This document shows, piece by piece, positions 26,802-33,287 of a stretch of 64,000 bases of DNA. The DNA comes from an uncultured virus (IMG/VR IMGVR_UViG_3300037189_019086) (Duplodnaviria; Heunggongvirae; Uroviricota; Caudoviricetes): IMG/VR virus record IMGVR_UViG_3300037189_019086; one strand, written 5' to 3'. Positions within the stretch are counted from its first letter, which is position 1; each line of letters starts with the position of its first letter. The notes beneath the pieces were generated by a model. That model saw nothing but the letters and a program-made list of their open reading frames with translations, did not search any database and was not told the DNA's origin. Both the position numbers and the translations under genes were made by a program.

Positions 26802-27805
26802 CCCAGCACCAAGTCGCGGTGCTCCATGGCGAAGTCACGGAACTCGGGGAGGAGCTTGATGCGCGAGTCGTGGTTCGATGCGTCGCGGCCAAACAGCACG
26901 GTGATTTCCGGCGTGTTCAGTCGCTTGATGTACTTGTAGGCCGCCGGGAAGGTCTTCTCGTCGACCTGCTTGTCCAGCATCGACATCACGGCGTACTTGG
27001 CGCTGAGCTTGTCGGGGACCGGGGCACGGTCCGGGCTGGAGAAGATTTCCTGCGCCGTGGGCAGGCCGACCATGTGGTCAAAGAACGCACGCAGCTCGAT
27101 GCTGACAGCCGGGCCAACCGTGCCGCTGATGAGGTCGTCCACGACGCTGATGGGCGTGCCCTTCTTGGTCGCAGCCTGGAGCAGGCGGTCGAGGTAGACC
27201 CAGGTGCGCGGTGACGGGAACGCTGGCTCCTTGGCGCGGGCATCGAACACGTGCAGCGCCAAGCCCTTCTTGAAGCGCTGGAACGCGATGATGCGCGGGT
27301 CCACGCCGACGGCACGGGCGTAGGCGATCCACTCTTCGAGGTCCGCTTCGACGGTCAAGTGGACCATGCGGTTGGCCAGCGGGCCGGCCATGCGCGTCAC
27401 GTTGGCGCGGTCCTTCTCGGTGTTGCCGGCGGCGATGATGTCCCAGCCCGGCGGCAGCTTGTAGTTGCCGACCTCGTGGGTCAGCATGAGCTGGTAACAG
27501 CTCGCCTGGACCATCTTGTCGGCGAGGTTCAGCTCGTCGAAGAAGAGGATGCCCTTGCCGGCCTTCGGCAAGAAGTCGGCGGGCAGCCAGGTCATGACCT
27601 TCTTGGCCATGTCGGGGGCGGGGAAGCCCTTGATGTCCGTCGGGTCCAGGTTGGCGAGGCGCACGTCGCGCAGCTCGACCTTGCGCTGCTTGGCGAGCGC
27701 GGCGACGCCCTCGGACTTGCCGACGCCGGCCGGGCCCCACAGCATCACCGGGAGGTGGCAGTCGAGGCAGACGTCGGTGGCTTGAATGGCTTGGCTGAGC
27801 TTCAT
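26798..27805 (-). CDS. MoxR-like AAA+ ATPase
   Basis: GPAGVGKS Walker A, LFFDELN Walker B, AAGN sensor, LANR, PSPRTW. Confidence 0.9.
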   Translation of the reverse strand: MKLSQAIQATDVCLDCHLPVMLWGPAGVGKSEGVAALAKQRKVELRDVRLANLDPTDIKGFPAPDMAKKVMTWLPADFLPKAGKGILFFDELNLADKMVQASCYQLMLTHEVGNYKLPPGWDIIAAGNTEKDRANVTRMAGPLANRMVHLTVEADLEEWIAYARAVGVDPRIIAFQRFKKGLALHVFDARAKEPAFPSPRTWVYLDRLLQAATKKGTPISVVDDLISGTVGPAVSIELRAFFDHMVGLPTAQEIFSSPDRAPVPDKLSAKYAVMSMLDKQVDEKTFPAAYKYIKRLNTPEITVLFGRDASNHDSRIKLLPEFRDFAMEHRDLVLG

Positions 27806-27825
27806 GGTGTGGTGTGGTGTGGTGT

Positions 27826-28125
27826 AAAGGAAGGGGTCGCCGACCGTACGTGCCTGTCGTGCAGGCGACCCCCGGGCTACCAGTGCGTGCTGGTTGGATG
27901 ACGACAACGACAACAATGACCCGGCGTCCTACCGCTGAACGAAGAGGTCACTGGGGTCAACGTCACACGTGGCGTTGACCGTGGAGACCCCTGCTGGAGT
28001 CGAACCAGCGTTACCGGGTTGTGGTCTGTAGTTACAGCACGCACTTCTCACGCAGACGCTGTCAGGCGATACGAGACTCAGTGACCCGTACGATGACGAC
28101 AACGACTACGTTGGCCTGAAACTTG
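27826..28125 (-). ncRNA. Circularly permuted tRNA-like structured RNA (YrlA-like or two-piece topology); outer boundaries approximate
   Basis: 28018-27982: CCCGG TAAC GCTGG-TTCGACT-CCAGC AGGGGTC T CCA; 32-nt hairpin linker; 27949-27920: GACCTCT TC GTTC-AGCGGTA-GGAC G CCGGG; all four stems pair. Confidence 0.8.
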
Positions 28126-28128
28126 GTG

Positions 28129-28887
28129 TCAGGACTCGAACGGGCGCAGCAGGAGCTGCACCAGGGCGTCGCCCAGGTTCGAGTCGCCGACGGCGGTCTG
28201 GTTGGCCCGCATGCGGGCCTGCTTGACTTCGACCAGCATCTCGTCGACGAGCTTGATGGCCTCGGCCTTCTGCACAGCGGTGGCGGCACCGCTGCGCTTG
28301 ATGAGGGTGAACTTGCCCACGGTGTTGTCGCGGGTCGACTCCTTCACCTGGGCCGGGTGCTTGTCGGTGGCCGCTGCCAGCACGACAGGCACCATGACCT
28401 TCTCGGTCTTGGTGGCGTGCTCGGGCGGCGCCACCCAGGTGCCGGTCTGCGGGTCGTGCGCCCAGGTACGGCTGGCGTCCAGCGTCGGCACGGCCAGGAA
28501 GATTTCCTTGACCTTGACGAGCCGCGCCTCCAGGCCCAGGAGCTGATCGACCGGCAGTGCGCTGGCCAGCAGCTCACCGCGGAACACCAAGTCGGCCGTC
28601 GCAGCGCGGTTGGCCTCATTCTTCTGGTGCTGGAGCGTCTCGACCTTGCCGTAGAAGCCCAGCGCGTAGTGGAGCGTATCGCGCACGTTGGTGGGCACGG
28701 CCTTGTTCTCGGCGGCCTGCGCCTCGATGGCCTCGTTCGCCGCGCTGTCTTCCAGCATCTTCAGCGACTTGGTGTGGCCCTCGAAGTAGTGGCTGTTGCA
28801 GAGCTTCTTCAGCGTCTCCTGGTGCAGGGTGTTCCAGGAGGCGTTGACCGTCTTTTCGGCGGCCAGGAGTTCGTGAATGACAGGCAT
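28129..28887 (-). CDS. Uncharacterised 252-aa helical protein flanked by structured RNAs
   Basis: AAGGA RBS; LLGLE.RL, PTLD, KTEK, ATDKHPAQV, SGA, VKQARMRAN; strong codon bias. Confidence 0.85.
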   Translation of the reverse strand: MPVIHELLAAEKTVNASWNTLHQETLKKLCNSHYFEGHTKSLKMLEDSAANEAIEAQAAENKAVPTNVRDTLHYALGFYGKVETLQHQKNEANRAATADLVFRGELLASALPVDQLLGLEARLVKVKEIFLAVPTLDASRTWAHDPQTGTWVAPPEHATKTEKVMVPVVLAAATDKHPAQVKESTRDNTVGKFTLIKRSGAATAVQKAEAIKLVDEMLVEVKQARMRANQTAVGDSNLGDALVQLLLRPFES

Positions 28888-28913
28888 GGTGGTCCTTGAT
28901 GAGTTGAAGGTGA

Positions 28914-29340
28914 ACCGAACAGTGGTGCAGGCAGACTCACGTCGTGCTGACACACTCCGCTTCCCGATGTCAGTCGAGAGCGCACAGCGCTTCCTACCTG
29001 CACCACTGTTCGGTCATTGGTCCCCGCTTCTCTCCCGGGGTGGTCACGCAGCGAGTTATGTGCTGTTCCTTGCCAGGGGACTGGCTACCCCTCGGCTCAC
29101 ACTGGCGAACTGCGTGTTGCCGTTGGTTTGAAGTTGGATCAGCCCAGCAAATCGGTGACCCAGGACGGGGTCGTGCGCCCTGACAGACGACCAAGTGTTT
29201 CGTCGTTTGCCAGAGCCCTATCTGTCCGGCTCCACCTCGTGCACAGGCAGACCCGGAGTGATCCAACACATGAAGCTCTAAGCCTCATGTCTTGGATCGA
29301 AATTGGATTCTTGGACAAGGCTTCGAGCCTCGTCCAATGG
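28914..29340 (-). ncRNA. Candidate multi-domain structured RNA / leader
   Basis: Perfect 18-bp inverted repeat 28914-28931/28997-29014 plus several nested stems; no convincing ORF. Confidence 0.5.
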
Positions 29341-29347
29341 ATGCTGT

Positions 29348-29758
29348 CTATCGGCTGCCTTGGTCAAATAGGACGTCGGGCACATCCACCTCGTCGCCCA
29401 GCTTGCTGGCGACGAAGCAACGCATGGCGGCGATGAGAGGCGTGGGGCCGTACGCCCACCGGCCTCCGGCGCCTTTCGCTGTGATGCTCGGAGTGGCTTC
29501 CCACTCACGCCCGCGCATGCACGGTACGTTGCGTTGGAGGCCAATCTCTTCGCGCTCGATGATCGGCCCTGCTTCAGCCCAGTCGGTGGACGGGGCGTAC
29601 TTGATGAGGCTGTACGCAGGCCACTTGTAGCCCTTCCCGAACAGCGAGCCAAACGTGCCGATGTTGAACCGCTCGGGGTTCTTCAGTTGCGGCTTGATTG
29701 CCTCCGCCACCGCCCAGTCCAGCGCGGCGCCGGTCAGCTCGCTCGCCTTGATCTTCAC
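29348..29758 (-). CDS. NinX-family phage protein
   Basis: LDWAVA, YAPSTDWAEAGPIIERE, GPTPLIAAMRCFVASKLG. Confidence 0.85.
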   Translation of the reverse strand: MKIKASELTGAALDWAVAEAIKPQLKNPERFNIGTFGSLFGKGYKWPAYSLIKYAPSTDWAEAGPIIEREEIGLQRNVPCMRGREWEATPSITAKGAGGRWAYGPTPLIAAMRCFVASKLGDEVDVPDVLFDQGSR

Positions 29759-30153
29759 AGCCTCTCCCACTGGGCCTCGATCACGTCAGCGATCTTGGCG
29801 AAGTCGTACTCGCCGTCGTCGTTCAGCGTGGCGAGGTGCGCCATGCCGTCCACCGGGTCGACCAATCTGCCGTCGCTGCTCATGCCGGCCCATTCCTTGA
29901 CCACGGCTGGTAAGTTGGAGTCGTACTCGCCGTACTCGCCGTACTCGTCGCCGTCCCAGAGATAACTTTCGACGCCACCGTGAGCGTGGCCCCACCTACC
30001 AGCACCTGTGTGCTTGGCGTGCAGATCGGATAGCACGCCCAGGCAGCAGAAGCTGCTCTGGCCGTCGCACTTGACGTGGAGGTAGTCTGTCGTCTGCTTG
30101 TACTCACCGCTGCGCAGAGCGGCGAGCCACAGATCCTTGACTTCGGCTTTCAT
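29755..30153 (-). CDS. Hypothetical phage protein
   Basis: WLAALRSGEYKQ...CCLGV...LND...F..IADVIE. Confidence 0.75.
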   Translation of the reverse strand: MKAEVKDLWLAALRSGEYKQTTDYLHVKCDGQSSFCCLGVLSDLHAKHTGAGRWGHAHGGVESYLWDGDEYGEYGEYDSNLPAVVKEWAGMSSDGRLVDPVDGMAHLATLNDDGEYDFAKIADVIEAQWERL

Positions 30154-30169
30154 GGTGGCTCCTGTCAGT

Positions 30170-30814
30170 TTACGAGTCGAACCCGAACACGAAGCGGATC
30201 TGGCCGTGCTCATCGGTCAGGCGCTTCACCTCGTCGAAGAAGTAGCGCAGTTCTTCGGCCAGCGACATCTCCCACTCGCAGCGCACCATCATCCAGTTCG
30301 GCGTGGCTGCCATCTCGATGGCGTTGTTGTTGACGATGATGACGTTCGCTCCCCAGGCGTTGCCGCAGTAACTCTCAGGTTCCGAGACCTTGTCCCACTT
30401 CTCGTAGACCGGACGTTCCAGCAAGCCGGTCTTGATGACCTTGGGGGCGTCCTTGAACCAGGCCAGCATCTCTTTGCCGCTCAGCCACGAGTGGCTGTGG
30501 TCGCCCATCCAGATCGTCATGGGCTCGTCGGCTTCGTGGTACTTGCGGCGGCGCGGGTCCATGTGATTCAGCGTGACGATGGGGTGGTCGTCGTTGTCGA
30601 CCAGCGTGAAGTCGGCTGGGTAGCCACGCGGGTTGGAGATGGGGTTGACGGGCTCACCCGTGCGCACGCCGGCGAAGCCCGTGCCGTTGCGTACGTCGGC
30701 CAGCACGGCGAAGAGCTGGTAGTGCCGGCCCTGTTCGTACTTGCTCTCGACGTCTTCCCAGACGTTCGTGGCGGGGTTGTGGCGCTGGAAGACGCCATGG
30801 ATGTCGGTTCCCAT
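30170..30814 (-). CDS. Hypothetical phage protein
   Basis: MGTDIH...RHYQLFAVLADVRN...HSHSWL...RFVFGFDS. Confidence 0.8.
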   Translation of the reverse strand: MGTDIHGVFQRHNPATNVWEDVESKYEQGRHYQLFAVLADVRNGTGFAGVRTGEPVNPISNPRGYPADFTLVDNDDHPIVTLNHMDPRRRKYHEADEPMTIWMGDHSHSWLSGKEMLAWFKDAPKVIKTGLLERPVYEKWDKVSEPESYCGNAWGANVIIVNNNAIEMAATPNWMMVRCEWEMSLAEELRYFFDEVKRLTDEHGQIRFVFGFDS

Positions 30815-30849
30815 GTTGGTTCCTTGTTGGGTCTAAGTTCGATGTCGGC

Positions 30850-31584
30850 TCAGGCCGTGGCGTTGCCCGTCAGGCGCAGCAGCTTGTCGCGCTGCTCGCC
30901 GCTGGCCGCGCCGAGCACCTGCTGGGCGAAGCTGCGGCGCATGTTCTCGCGCACGATCACCGCGGCCTCGGCGACGATTTCGGTGTTGCGGGCTTCGTTG
31001 GCGACGTGCGCGGCCATGTCGATCTTGGCGATCACCCACTTGTACTCGGTGTCGCAGCCCGGCTCGATCTTGGCTTCGTTGTCCATCCGGACGACGACGC
31101 CGCAGGTGTAAAACCCGCGGGTGTCGATCACCACCCAGTCATCCTTCTCCAGGGCGAGATGAGTGACGTAGGTGTACGTCTTGGTGGCGGTGCTGTCGGC
31201 GCCAACCAGCCTGACGTGCACGGTCTTGGCGTCGGAGCGGAGCAGGGCGGCGAGGTTATGGTCCATGATGCGGTTGCCTTTCTTGGCAGCGGGTTCGGGG
31301 TCGAGGGCGTACGTCAAGTAGTCGTACTTGTGCAGAGTGCAGTCGTTGGGAAGCGGGGCGATGTCGAAGTACGCGTCGAAGTACCGTCGAAGCTGTTCGG
31401 CGTCTTCGACTGTGCAGGCGTAGCCGCGGTCTCCGTAGAGAGAGAGAGAGAGCAGGCCCTGGCGGATACGTGAACGTCGGGCGCCGAGCGATGCTCTTGG
31501 TGCTACGGACGAGTACGGCCTCGTGAAGTACCCGTCTTGCTTCAAGCGGTCGCGCCACTCTGCGAGCTGTTCGAGGTGAGCCAT
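30850..31584 (-). CDS. Hypothetical protein (may start at the internal ATG near 31267)
   Basis: C-half (KTYTY...YKWVI) has strong codon bias, N-half weaker. Confidence 0.55.
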   Translation of the reverse strand: MAHLEQLAEWRDRLKQDGYFTRPYSSVAPRASLGARRSRIRQGLLSLSLYGDRGYACTVEDAEQLRRYFDAYFDIAPLPNDCTLHKYDYLTYALDPEPAAKKGNRIMDHNLAALLRSDAKTVHVRLVGADSTATKTYTYVTHLALEKDDWVVIDTRGFYTCGVVVRMDNEAKIEPGCDTEYKWVIAKIDMAAHVANEARNTEIVAEAAVIVRENMRRSFAQQVLGAASGEQRDKLLRLTGNATA

Positions 31585-32111
31585 CAGAAATCTCCTGGCG
31601 CCACCTGACAGCACAGCACGCCGTTGCGGCGCCACATCTCGACGACTTGGTTGCGGTCATCGAACACGCAGACCAGACGGGCGCGATCTTCAGGGCTCAT
31701 GGCGTTCAGCCAGCGCTCCTTGAGCACGTGGTCGATGGTGTGGTCCTTGGCCGGGCGCATGCGCAGGTTGGTGATCAGCGGCAGGATGCCTTGGTCGCCC
31801 AGCCACGCCATCGTCTCGATCTGCACCGTGGCCATCCGGCCCGACCAGACCCAGACTTCGGGGCCAGTGGTAGCGAGGTGCTTGAGCAGGCTGATCACCG
31901 GCTTGATCGGTGTATCGTCCACGCAGGCCGCGTGGAAAGCATTCCAGTTCGGTGTGAACTGGCGGCGCAGTGCAGTGCAGTGCGGGCAGCCGTCCAGCGG
32001 CTTGCGCAGCGGCTCGCACTCGTGGCACGACGGCTTCTCGACGAAGTGGCGGCGGTGGCGCAGGTCGGCGAGCGTGCCGTCCAGGTCGAAGATGAAGAGA
32101 GGTCTGGTCAC
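31584..32111 (-). CDS. HAD phosphatase, PNKP 3'-phosphatase-like
   Basis: FDLDGT, WSGR, LRMRP..D, FDDRNQVVEMWR. Confidence 0.88.
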   Translation of the reverse strand: MTRPLFIFDLDGTLADLRHRRHFVEKPSCHECEPLRKPLDGCPHCTALRRQFTPNWNAFHAACVDDTPIKPVISLLKHLATTGPEVWVWSGRMATVQIETMAWLGDQGILPLITNLRMRPAKDHTIDHVLKERWLNAMSPEDRARLVCVFDDRNQVVEMWRRNGVLCCQVAPGDF

Positions 32112-32590
32112 GATCCGACTCCGAGGTTCTTGAGCAGGCTGCCGAGCTGCTTGAGCTTGTCGCTGTCGCCCTTGATCGACGTGATGTGCTCGTCGACTTC
32201 GAGGGCGATGTCGTCGAGCGTGCCGGCCAGCAGACGGAGCTGTGTGGCCAGCATCGTCAGCTTGTCGATGGGGTTCTGGGGCAGAGCGGGGGCAGTGGGG
32301 GGTGGGGGTGCGGGCATTTCGACGATGTCTTCGTTGCTGGCGGTTTCCGCCCGGTCCTTGACTGCTGTGCGGATGTACGAGCGCGGGCTGGACTCACGCA
32401 CCAAACCCAGCCTGACCATGTTGCACAGCGAGCCCAGCACGACGTCTTGAGAGGCTGAGTAGCCGCAGCGGCGCAGCTCGCCGATGATCTGCGTCAGGCT
32501 CCAGGGTGACTGAATGGGCGTGGCTTCGAGCACCTTGCGGGCGATGCCGTTGAGCGACTGCTCGATGCGAGTGGCTTTCGCTGGAGTCAT
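32108..32590 (-). CDS. Hypothetical protein, possible winged helix plus coiled coil
   Basis: IARKVLEATPIQSPWS...LCNMVRLGLVRE. Confidence 0.6.
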   Translation of the reverse strand: MTPAKATRIEQSLNGIARKVLEATPIQSPWSLTQIIGELRRCGYSASQDVVLGSLCNMVRLGLVRESSPRSYIRTAVKDRAETASNEDIVEMPAPPPPTAPALPQNPIDKLTMLATQLRLLAGTLDDIALEVDEHITSIKGDSDKLKQLGSLLKNLGVGS

Positions 32591-32954
32591 GGCTGGTCTT
32601 TGGCGCAACCAGGGCACGGCGCGGCCTGCTGCGCAACAGGGGCGGCATACACCGCCAGCGTGAAGTTCCCAGCGGGCGTCTTGCGCATCGGCAGGTAGTT
32701 CCCCGCCTCGTCATCCACGTCCTTGATCTGCGGCAACTGCGCGGGGCTCAGGTAGCCAACCAGTTCGTACTTGCAGCCGAAATGGTGATCGGTGTGTGCG
32801 TTGCAACTGCTCATGGTTTGACCTCTGTGATTGGGTGTCTACGGCAGCGTCACCCAGGCGATGAACGCTTCGACCGCCAGCCAGAGCACCCAGACGCCGA
32901 TCAGCACCAGGATCAGGTCTGCGATGGCGACGCCGATGAGCAGGGCGAGGCGCT

Positions 32955-33287
32955 TCATGACTGCTGCTCCCTGAGCGCTGCGCGCATGGAGGCGTACGTC
33001 TTGTAGCCGCGCTGCTGAGCCAGCCGCTCCAGCGCCTGACCGTGCGTGAGCGGCTGGTCCTTGCTGAGCCTGCGGGCGTCACGCTTGAGCTGCTTGATGT
33101 CGGGGTGCTCGGTGCGGATCTGCACGGGCTGCTCCTTCAGTTGTGGGGCGTCGATGAACACGGCCAGCTCGATGCAGCCGGCCAGCTTGGCGGTGAGCAG
33201 GATGACGACGAGCCAGCCGACGCCCTGGACCAGCACGCAGAGCGTGCTGATGGCTGAGTAGAAGGCGCTGAAGGCGCGGTCGCTCAC
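32955..33287 (-). CDS. Hypothetical protein with glyoxalase-superfamily-like helical C-terminus
   Basis: LKRDARRL...THGQALERLAQQRGYKTY; start is either GTG 33287 or GTG 33125. Confidence 0.55.
   Translation of the reverse strand: MSDRAFSAFYSAISTLCVLVQGVGWLVVILLTAKLAGCIELAVFIDAPQLKEQPVQIRTEHPDIKQLKRDARRLSKDQPLTHGQALERLAQQRGYKTYASMRAALREQQS

Noticed and set aside
27920..28018. Second att site or ordinary tRNA gene
   Set aside because: Both halves are present but in permuted order and no 7-nt anticodon loop can be formed
27826..28125. Canonical or two-piece tmRNA (ssrA)
   Set aside because: No G3.U70 or A73 alanine identity, has a full D stem, and no convincing tag reading frame ending in an AA-type degron was seen
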